A stretch of DNA of 64,000 nucleotides from Raillietiella orientalis (taxonomy: Eukaryota). The stretch covers positions 2,232,001-2,296,000 of the forward strand of contig JAYWIR010000015.1 of the NCBI GenBank assembly GCA_036172245.1. Reading direction: 5' to 3'. The notes below the pieces were generated by a model. The model was not told the origin of the DNA, searched no databases, and saw only the letters and a list, made by a program, of their open reading frames with translations. A program made the position numbers and the translations under genes. Shown here in pieces: positions 53,087 through 63,366 of this stretch (position 1 is its first letter; each line of letters begins with the position of its first letter).

Positions 53087-54235
53087 TCATATATAATCAA
53101 GATCCTCTGGAATTTGAAACTGCTGTTTGAAAGCACTCTGTTCAATGCAAAATCGACCACAACACCAATTCATAAGAATAAATATGTTATCAGTCCACTG
53201 ATTAATTAGTTCTTTCAGAACCTACAATTAAAAATTAAAATGAGAACTTTGCAAATATATCATTACATTTCTATGATTTGTGAGTTTACTCAGTATTTCA
53301 GGATCAGAATCCTGATAACGCTTAATTTGCTCTCTCAAGTCATTCAATTTTTCTTTTGCCTCATTTAATTGGATTGACAATTCCTTATGCAGAGTAGCTT
53401 GTTCCTTATCCACCTATGTTAAAATAGCAGACTTGTAAACCCAATGTTTTTTGTAGATTTAACTTGCAATTACAAACTGTAATTATCAAATTTAAATATA
53501 CTCCTTATCTGATTGGAATCAGCAAAAACCACTAAACCTTTTTCTGCTCAAGAGAAGAAATTAATGAATTTTTTTTTTCTTTCAGACTTTCTACTGTATT
53601 TTCTAATTCCTGAATTTTTCGTTTCTTAACATTTGAAACTTCACTAAAACAAACAACATAACTTTAAGAAAAAAAAATCCTAGAGTCAATTCAGGTTAAT
53701 CAAGAAATCACCTGATTTAATATAACCCATCATATTTTAAGGAAAATTTATGCATAGAAAGAATTTTAGTCAAAATTCCCACATAACAACATACGTTATA
53801 ATATTATACAGTTAATAGCCAATGCTTAGTAATACCACTTTCAAGCAATAAATTCTTACTCTTCTGATGTAAGAAGTTTTTTATTCGTGCAATCAAATGA
53901 AATCTGTATCAATAGCTTAATTCATATAAATAAAAATATCATAGAACAATAAATAAAAATAACCTTGGAAAACACCAAAAATATATGGAAGTACCAAGCT
54001 TGTCACTGGTGACAAGACCTTCATCTACCAATAGCTGAAGAACTTCTTTAACTGACTGAACAACTATGCCTTTTTCCTTTGATGCTCTTTTCTCAAGTTC
54101 CTCATTGGAAAAACAGAAAATTGTCTAATGGTCCCATTTGCTTACCTTCAATTGAAAAACATCTTTTGATTCATAAAATAATTCAAGCAGGCGATTCTTT
54201 TTATCTTCTATTGAAAGACCTCTCTTTTTTGACAT
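53087..54235 (-). CDS. MND1: Meiotic nuclear division protein 1 (5 exons)
   Basis: Exons 54235-54146, 54100-53964, 53643-53538, 53413-53267, 53221-53087. [57 protein letters not shown], then YQDSDP, QWTDNIF and [10 protein letters not shown]. No internal stops. Confidence 0.95.
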
Positions 54236-55517
54236 TACTGAAAGTAATAACTATTTTCTCGTTTAGATTACTGCAATGTTTGCATTACTCAATCCTCAGA
54301 TCATATAAGCAAACCCCCAAATGATTACTAGTCTCACAATAGTTAATAGTTAAGGATACTTGTATACAGTAAACCAAACCGCCCTCAAGGCATTATATCA
54401 CGTATGTTACATTGTAACGCCAAAGCCGACAAACAAGAAATTAAAACGAAATCATAGATTTCCCATTTGGTGACAATTGTCATTTCTGTTCTTTTAAACA
54501 GCAGCCCGAAAAGCAATACCTAGAGAGTATTCTAGATGCTGCTCATAAGGCACGCTTTACATTCAATCGGTCAGCAACAATCGTAGACTTAATTTCCAAT
54601 GGTATGCATCCTGTTTGGTTACCAACAGCTTTTCAAGTTGGGCGCCATACGGCATTGTCAGGCTGCGACGCTGAACTTCATCAGGCATGGTTTTATTTTT
54701 CCTAAGGTATTCATGATTTCTACTAAGTTACAGAAAAGATTTTCGAAGATTAGAGTGCTCATGAATGTCTGACTTCAATATATTGAAATCGGCTTAATGC
54801 ATAAAGTAATATCGGTTCCTTCTTTGAGATGTTGAGATTTTCATCCTTTCATTAAGAAATAATTAATTTGCTTCCCAAAAGAAAGAAAATTCCTTCTCTG
54901 TATAACATCTTCAAATGCTTTCAGAGAATCTCTAGAATTACAGCTTGTTTGATTATTCTTGAGCCACTACCGGGTCTGTTCATGGATCAGATCAAATGAC
55001 CTGGGTCCAGATTACCTGATCTGATCTAAGCTCTAGTCTTATTTTGGGGTATAACTTCCGATTATTAACTCCAGATTCCTATTTTGATGAAATTGCTAAT
55101 GTCTTGAATTCATTTTTTTTTAGTATTACTTTCTTTTGTTTTCGTTCATTTAGCGCCTACAGACCAATCCTCTCAAGTGAACTGCTACATCTATTTCATT
55201 TCTTAGTTCTGTCAATGAGTGGTTCAGAATTGCGGTCAGCTTCATTTTGAGTTCAAAGACTCTTTATTATCTTCATTAACACCCTTCTTCCTTTTCTAAC
55301 TTTTTTCAACAGAAGCAAAATACATCGCAACTACATACTTTGTCTACAGTCGCTTCAAAATATTGTATCTTCAGTACTGGGTCTTACCAAAATTAGGTAA
55401 TTGCTAGTTTATTTTAGGAAAATGGGTAGGTATTATCTCAATTTCATTTGTCTCTATACATAAATACGATCTCCTTTCTGTGTTCGAATCATATAAATCA
55501 AGTAAAATTCTCCGATA

Positions 55518-56550
55518 CAGAAGGCCGTATTTAGTGGAAATTTTTCCGAGAATCTAGATCGTAATTAAAGAGAACGAAAATTCAGTTGATGTGGGCTAGT
55601 GAATGAGTGCTTATGATTGCAAGATTCCCCCTCGAGTTTTAGACATTATACTTTAATCTTACTTCGATTCTTCAATCTTTTCATGATTTGTTTTAATTGT
55701 TTCCAAATTGCCCCAAGAAAACACATAAGAGAATTATTTCTTTGGTTAAAATACCAAGAGTACAAACAAGAAGAGGCATGTAAAAAATTCGATTTCTCAG
55801 AAAAAACTGCGATAGAAGAAATGACAAACACCGAAAGAATACTTAGAATTAATCAATTAGAAAACCTAATGGATTGGAAAATGATGTCCGGGAACTGCTC
55901 AGTTCACATGCGGAAGAATGGACTAATGATCTTCCGCCTTTAGACCAATAGAGGAAGAAGACCGTTTTGGGAAGAAGCCGACACTAATGTCAAAGAAAAT
56001 GATGTGTAAATGCGGAAATTCACCCTCAAAGAATTTGAAGGCATCTTTCAGGCTGTGGAAGTTGTAAAACAAAAAGTTATGGACACAGAGCCTAACTGAG
56101 ATCTAAGCATACAACTTCTATCAGATATTGATAAAGCGTTCTGCATCTGCAAACATATATATAAAGATATGAAGAAAGTAAAAGAGTTTAGTCTACTCTG
56201 CTAATTATTTCGAAAAGCGATAAAGATATTTCTGCCGGCATGAGATTGCCTTCATGGATGATATTTAGAATTTTTTTTTGTTGTCATTTTGTTTCCTGTA
56301 ACTTCTCTGCGACTTTGTTGATAACAAAATTAGATTTTCAAGTAGATTCTTTTCACAATTTTTTTTTATTGTGAATGTTTCCTTAGCAAGTATAGAAAAA
56401 CTTGTCTTTAAAATTTTTCATTGCCTATTTCTATCAGGCTAGAGCCGATTACATATTTTATATATAATAATTACATGTTCAAATGGTGCGACTTTGAATA
56501 ATGAGACAATTTCATTGAAAGAATTATTCGCACTAACCGCGGCCTGCCTG
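55518..56550 (+). mobile_element. Internally deleted Tigger/pogo-family DNA transposon with TIRs and TA target-site duplication
   Basis: The left end TA|CAGAAGGCCGTATTTAGTGG and the reverse complement of the right end, TA|CAGGCAGGCCGCGGTTAGTGCG, are similar. 55870-56220 translates (with stops and shifts) to NDVRELLSSHAEEWTND...FTLKEFEGIF..VKQKVMDTEPN..IDKAFCICKHIYKDMKK, matching the Tigger transposase C-terminus. Confidence 0.8.
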
Positions 56551-56904
56551 TATGAAATATGTCCATTAATTTATTACTATAAGTTAAATTTAGTTTAATC
56601 AGTATTTATTTTGTATTTCATTCCAAGTTGCGTGTTGATATTTTCTAATCTTTGTATCAGGTTATGGATATAATTCACTCTTGCTTGCTGAATGTGCTTT
56701 ATGTAAGTTTTGCTTGAGCATATATTTAGATTTACTTGTTCACCTTCTGACAACCAAATACTATCACTCCATTCTCTCTGTGTGCGATCAGTTATAGAAA
56801 CTCTGCAATAATTCATAAATGTACTCAAAAAGAATCATGATAACAATAGCAAAATACCAACATAAATACAAATAAGAAACAAAAAAAGATTTCGAAGACC
56901 AGAT

Positions 56905-57400
56905 TCAACTGATGAGTGGAAATGCTGGTAGCTTCGGAAAATCTCGCTCCGCATCTCCTCTCTCAAAGAAGAAGTCCACTAAAAGGTCGTGAACAACCGC
57001 ATGAGAGTCCAAGTGGTAGACATCTTCAACAAGGCGAAGGCCAAAATCGGGGCCTTGGAATACGAGGCGGAGCTCCACGCCAGGCAAACCAGGGGTGCCG
57101 GCCGAGGAGCACACTCCATGGAAGAAGCCCAAGCCGAAGACCCTACGGGCCACGTGGAGTCCGAGAGCGAAATGGGTCAAGTCGGTTCTGCTGCGAGGAT
57201 GCCGACGGAATCTCCCAAGCAGAAGAAAAGAGCATCAGGAATGAAAAAGTAATTCCCCACGGCTTCCTCCCTGTCTTTTCGCCAGGAGTATTAAGATCGC
57301 TTCCTGAAACGTGAATGGCAAATGGAACCAGGAGAAGAGAACAAGGATCACGCGCACCATCGAGAGTGAGGACATCGTGTGTCTGCAAGAAATGGGCGAC
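56905..57400 (+). mobile_element. L1/Tx1-like LINE 5' piece: ORF1 C-terminus and start of ORF2 APE endonuclease
   Basis: A GC-rich, charged ORF ends at 57252. From 57293 the sequence reads KIAS*NVNGKWNQEKRTRITRTIESEDIVCLQE, i.e. APE motifs I (SWNVNG, with TGG>TGA) and II (DIxCLQE). It is truncated straight afterwards. Confidence 0.85.
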
Positions 57401-57829
57401 TGTGGTACTGTTGTAACTTAAAGTTGTTGAATAAATTCACCCCACTGCGAGTCACAATGGGGAAAACTGCTGGTAGTTTCAGAAGTAGTCTACTTAAATT
57501 CATCTCCATTTGCAGAATAAATTTAGAGCAGTATCAAGATAAAAAAAATTAGAGGATTCTTATTCTCAATTTTGGGAAAGCACCATCTAGGTAATCAAAT
57601 GACCAGAATCGGGATGAGTTGTTATGAGTTTTAGGCATCGGCAATAAACAAACACGCGAAAAATAGGAATGATTAGAATGAAATAAGGGAAGTCCAAGGA
57701 ACCATGATTTCAGTCGGCAATACACTGAGCAATTAAGCTTGCTGTTTATTTTGGTGCATGCAGATTTGTCACTTTTTTTTACCTGTTCTCGCTGGTGACA
57801 TTCCTGAATTTTCCCGTCTTCTGCTCAGC

Positions 57830-58440
57830 CATTAATTTCTTCGTTCTGTGAATTTAAATGCATATTGGCGGCGTGCATTCATTCCCGAAGAATTCTCCAG
57901 ACCGACGTGCGGTAGGGTGATTTTATTATGACGTTTGCAGTCAATCAAACCAACAGTGGAACCAACAATGAACACCGAAGTCACTTTTAGTCTCACTCTT
58001 TGGGTGTTCCCCCCATCAGGCAAATATATGTTTCACGTGTGCAAGGGAAAGGGGGGTCAGAGGACAAAAAGGGTGGACTGTTTGTAGCATATGATCACCT
58101 TGTCTCTGGTATCTTGCTGTCAGAGCCATTTGTCTGTTAGCTTCCTGGATCTTTCGCAGAGTGTAGCCGATGGTGCATGCTGGGTACTTGCCGCAGCCTC
58201 GTATGCCAATCTCTTTCCTCAGGAGTCCCATCCGAATTTTCCTTGAAGGAAACCTGTTCGTTCCCGCGAAGCTGTGTTCTCCTGATGAGGGTGCTTAGCA
58301 CGAAGAAGTCCAAGATGACCCTCAAAGCGGAGTTGTATGCGGGCAAAAACCCTTCTCCACGGAAAGGATTCCGAAAAATCTCGATTCTGGATTGTCCAGT
58401 CACATTCACCTCAGTCACATACATCATCTTTCCAGCTGTG
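57830..58440 (-). mobile_element. Probable 3' end of a second Tx1-like LINE, inverted
   Basis: Minus strand FCPH...LRVILDFFVL...ACTIGYTLRKIQEANRQM loosely resembles the C-terminus of the adjacent plus-strand element (LPHLPLDCGVL...ATVCCTRAIDKAHREL). It is followed by a minus-strand AATAAA near 57925. Confidence 0.45.
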
Positions 58441-58449
58441 GAACCCCTA

Positions 58450-59849
58450 GGTGGTGACCCCGAACCGCCTTTTGCAACTGCGTTCTCTCATGAAGGTCCA
58501 ATCGCTCAGAAGTAGTGGACAGTTGAGTTCTCGCATCTCATCGTAACTCAGTCCAAGGCTCCTAACAACAGGCCACCTACCCAAAGAGCGAAGTCCAGTA
58601 TCGGAATGGCTGCTGGATATCAGGCAGAAGCAACGCAAGCGAAGGCGACGACCCGAGAGAACAATAAAAGGAAAGGACGCCACAGACAAGTCCACACAAG
58701 GCGAGCAAGAGTCAGGGACAAGAAACAGCCCCTGACGCTTGCTGGCAGGCAGAAACTCTGTACAACACGTAGTGATGTGCAACATGGAAACGCCGGTCAC
58801 ATCTTCATCTTCCCAAGGACTTAGCGATGTTTGTTCACGGAGCTGCGAAGCGCATCTCCCAGTGGCACTGCCGACCGACATCTGATCGCCGACATCGCAT
58901 ACCCCGGACCGTCTACACATGCGTGGATTGCACCCTTCAGTCGGCTTGATGACACCGCGCTAAGTCCGTCTGCACTGATGTCCGTGCTGCGGGAGCCGTC
59001 AGGAACCTGCTTTGCTTGCAGCGTCCTCTCCCAAAGTCGCTTGCGACACTGTCCTGTGAAGTGCTGGAAGGCTGGCATCCACGAGTTTCCCCGTCTGCGT
59101 GGACTCACTGCAGGAGAGACCTCGCGCCGCGTGGTGGTGAGGCCGCAGAAGCGACCAGACAGCCAGGAATCGTTGCATGCCTGGGCAAAGCAACAGGATG
59201 TTTCGCTCTTGGAACTCCGTTGCGCCAACCTCTCTCCGTACTGCACGGTGGATGAGGTCTGGAACAGCCAGAAGTGGACTCGCCTGGCCGTCATACCGCC
59301 ACGCCTCGCAACATCCCGAAGGGACTCCTTCGGTGGAGTGAACAGTTGAGTGTGCCCCCCGAAGAACTTGTGGTCCCTCCCTCCTGTTTGAACACTTCTG
59401 TGTTCCCCCTTTCTTGGAAACAGGACGTCATCATGCTGGTGTATTGGGGTTTTCACTCCAACCAGCGGGCGAACCGTGTTTCCGGGGGGGTTGTCTTCCC
59501 GCACTGTAAGCGGTGCGGGGAAGTGGAAACGCTTCCGCACCTGCCCCTGGACTGCGGTGTCCTCCAAGGACTATAACGGAGGCTGGCCTCAGCTCTCCAG
59601 AACCAGGGGGACACCGCAAGAGACTTGATGCGCCGCTTCTTCACGCCAGGTGGCCTGTCCTTAGGTGCTGTCATCGCAACGGTCTGTTGCACCCGCGCCA
59701 TCGACAAGGCACACCGAGAGCTGGAGAAGCTCGCGATTCATCGTCAGGCCACCGGAATAGCCGGCGTGAACATGGCATCGGCTGCCGAGTGGGCCCATCT
59801 TCCAGAGGGCGTTAGGAGCAAGATCACCGGCATCCATAGCCAGTTCTGA
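58450..59849 (+). mobile_element. L1/Tx1-like LINE ORF2 3' part (RT thumb to CCHC zinc knuckle), frameshifted
   Basis: LTLAGRQKL at 58732 (~LSLAGRxxL), CKRCGEVETLPHLPLDC at 59505-59555 (CxxC..H..C knuckle), stop at 59849. High GC. Confidence 0.85.
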
Positions 59850-61159
59850 AAGAAAGGAACGGCCAAACCAAAGACCCCTGTCCCCTACCCTCCCCATATC
59901 TTTATTTCCATTTTTTCTATGTGTATTTGTAGTCCCCTCCCTCCCGTTCCGGACTTTCGGTTTACCGACCTGCGTGTCGGGAATCCCCCCCTTCGTTTCT
60001 TCTGTGTCCTTTGTCCGGGAACTCTGTTCCTGGATAGTTTAGGAATAAACGCCCCGGCGCACCCAGGTGACAGCCAGGATCCCAATCTTTGGCCACAGCA
60101 ATCCCGCATGCACTTCGCACGTGAGTGCAGCACCTGGCTGGCATTTATATATAGCGAACATGAGTGGAGATGCTTGCGGCGACGATTCCTGTGCCTTTTC
60201 AGAGGCACAGCGCAGGATGCGAAAAGAAAGCTCTGCGATCTCCCGCACCCATGCTCCGAGATGCTTGCGACCAATCCGATGATGCTCCGAAATCCGATGC
60301 TCACGATGGCTACGGGCCTGCCACCGCGAAGCCCTTCGTCCCTTCCTGCTGCTCATCGGCCACGAACTTTCCAAGGAACTTACAGGCGTCCCGAACGGAC
60401 CTTCTTCTGTTCTTCCTCCGCATTTTCCGGACGGAATTCTGAGAATGGGGCCACTTGTTGCTCATACTCCGTCTTCTACTGCCTCTCCTCCTCGGCCGCA
60501 TCCCACCGGGGTTTTGGGGAAGGAGGAAGCTACTCAATGGTCAGCTTCCTTTTATTTTTTATTTTTCTTCACCTGGGTGAAGCTAGGATCATCTCCTGGA
60601 CTCTCCACACAGTTACGTAGTCTGTCTTCGTAGCACTGGGGTAGCCAAGGAGGGGCGCTGTAAAAGTTTTCACCGATCGATGGAAAGAAAATTAAAGGGT
60701 CTGTTCTCACTGGTAACCGCAGGACTCCGCGCAAATGCAGTCTCTTAACCTAAAAATTGTGTAACCCATGAGTCTTTCGAGTAACCCACGTTTGGAGTTA
60801 TTGCAGAGATCAGCCTAATCGGAGTGCAATGATCGAGCCTCGCTCTGGAGGGATCCCCATCGTGAACAAGATTGCCTCGAAGCCAGGTAAGTATATGCCC
60901 TTTTCATGATTACCTCTTTTTCAGCTGGTGAGGATAATAAGCTTTTAAAAACTCCATACACTGTTTTTTCGATTCTAAAGCATTCTTTCTTTTCCCAATT
61001 TCCCTGGCTCTGATGGTGCTATTGTCGGAAGTGGAAGATTCTTATTCATCCACTCTGATAACTGATGCATTTGGCCTTAGCCCAGCATAAAAACAGGGGA
61101 CAACGATACTAAAGACACTTGTTTCAGTGGTTCACATTCTAACGGCAACGAAGCACTCA

Positions 61160-61205
61160 TGCTCAAAGATGGAAGCTCCTCTCTTGGAGCTGCCATCTTT
61201 GAGCA
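61160..61205. repeat. 20-bp inverted repeat (1 mismatch), 6-nt loop
   Basis: TGCTCAAAGATGGAAGCTCC-tctctt-GGAGCTGCCATCTTTGAGCA. Confidence 0.9.
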
Positions 61206-61939
61206 AAGTCGGGAAGTGGAACTTTTTGTGTTGGCATTTTAGTTACTGTGGAGAACGCCATGCCCTCCAAGTCAATTCCTTTGCACAGTGTTGCTCATGA
61301 ACCACAGGAGCTTTTTGGAAAACACACCAAAACAAAAAAAAAGCAACTAAAACACTGGAAGGGGCGATCGACAAGCGTTTTCCTTGGCAATGTCTGGTTT
61401 CTAAGGATGCGCTAATCTTATAAATCTACAAGAATAGCTTCCTAATAAAAAATATTAGAAGACATATCTAAAATTTCGATTCTTTGTCTCTAAACATGGG
61501 AATCTTCTTCATCGGACTCAGAATGCCATCTGTTTTTTCAAGCGGAACTTGTATTAGCAGCCTTTGGGGAAACTCTGAATCTGGAACGATTCTGGAACAT
61601 CTGTCATTACTACCTGTCTGTTATGACTCCTGATTTTCTGTTTATAGACTGCATGGACAAAGACTTTTATCACGTAGTGATATCCCACGGCACCTATAGA
61701 AACATTCGAAATAGTCCCAAATACCTCCATAAGTGTTTAATATGTTTTTGCGAACTCATCTAGGTAGATACGAAGATAGGATTCTTCTACATGCAAATCC
61801 ACCATGGGCACGTGGTTTTCAAAATACTGAAAATTCAGAAAGATCGGTTGCTATGGCTTTGCAGCTTACAATAGAAATTAGTTAAGATGATCGATAGCGT
61901 GTCTCATACAGCATCTTTAAGAATGGTAACTCAAGTTGG

Positions 61940-63060
61940 TTTTAGTATCGTTTTTCTTCTCTAACCTGATTCCTATAAGGCGGGAATTGCACACGCAACT
62001 TTGAATTACGACACCCAGCTTCCCATGCCAGTGGGCAAATCAAGACCTTTGCTGAGATCTTAGGCACGTCGAATCGAATGCATGCAAATACATGGTTCCA
62101 CTCCAAGTGTGCAAGATACGTGATGCACTCATAAAAATGCACTGATGTGATCAGATGAAAGCCAATCGAAGGCAACTGAACCTCACTACGGTGACTCAGA
62201 GGTTGTCCATGGAATCCTCAGATGGATGTATTCCGACTGCTGAACCCAGGATAACCTTATGGATACGACAGTCGACATTCGATTGATGCACAAGCCAGAA
62301 ACGTGGTTGCTCAACACGAAGAATGTTTCCAGAGGCGCCTCTGAAGCTGAAATGGGCAGCAATAGGAGGTCAACCTCGTAGACTGCCAATAGTTAGCGTG
62401 CATAGACTGGTCGATGGCTGGGCGACCGGAGCCAAATTGAACATGTACAGGAAGACGTATTCTGTGCCCATTTGAAGTAGATGCTGAACAGCATGGGGCT
62501 TAGTCTGTCCCCTTGCCTAATCCCCAATCTCACCAGCATGCTACAGACGGAGCGACTGCTGAAACATGCTGATTAGCACATCACTCCAAAGCGATATATC
62601 GCAAATATGCATCCATGATGAGCGAGAAGTGCAGGTTTTGAAGAACTCCCTAAGTAGCTGCGTTCACGCCATGGGTCGCTTTCTGCAGATCGATTCGGGT
62701 CGTCAGAATGTCGATCTGTGCTAAGAACCTACTATCCTGCATTCTTAGGCCTTATCGGCTTCTTTCGATGGAGCTGGAGCCAGATCTGTGCCAAGAACCG
62801 ATCGGCCTCCCATGCTCCTCCCGGTGCAGCATACATTTGTTCCATGCTAAGCAGGGAGTCCACTACCCATTAAGGGCGAGCAGACCACACATTCCCAATC
62901 AAGTTGATACCCGCGTTCAATAAAGCGATTAGATGCAAGTTCGTATAGTTGCGTGAGTCTCCTCTGACGTGGACTTGACTGGTTTGATGCATTCATGTTC
63001 TCGTTCCACCCTGCTCCCTTCATCGTGTTTTCCATTGGCTTTCTCTAAGGCTTTTGTGGA
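61940..63060 (-). mobile_element. LINE reverse transcriptase fragment, probably RTE-like, degenerate
   Basis: Minus strand, in order: MENTMKGAGWNE (~LKNxKAxGxD), RIDLQKATHGV (~IDxxKAFDSV), GIRQGDRLSPMLFSIY, LLAVYEVDLLLL (~LAYADDLVLL), GLCINRMST (~GLxINxxKT). Confidence 0.85.
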
Positions 63061-63366
63061 TGACATCTGGGTTCTAACACTGAATTTCGGCTAACGCTCC
63101 TTATTACATTTGAAAGTTAGTGTAATTGTAAGCTGCACAAATATGCTGTTATAAATTGCACTAGAGCAAATAATTTACACGAAGGTGAATTATACAAAAA
63201 TGTAAACCGAAATATTTATTTAATGCCTCTTAATAAAAATTTTACAATATTATCTTGGAAAACAAAACATTAGTAGAAAATCATTAAAAAATATCACTTT
63301 AATAGTTATGAGTATGTTCAGATAAATTGCAAATATGAAAATCTAACTATGATTATCTCAAAAGGA

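Noticed and set aside
53560..53580. Possible frameshift in the MND1 poly-A run
   Set aside because: Counting the bases gives an open frame ([16 protein letters not shown]).
57830..58440. Twin-priming 5' inversion of the adjacent plus-strand LINE
   Set aside because: The inverted piece resembles an ORF2 C-terminus and 3' end, not the missing RT core that twin priming would place there.
58821..59567. 248-aa minus-strand ORF
   Set aside because: Antisense shadow of the GC-rich plus-strand LINE ORF2, which carries the real motifs.
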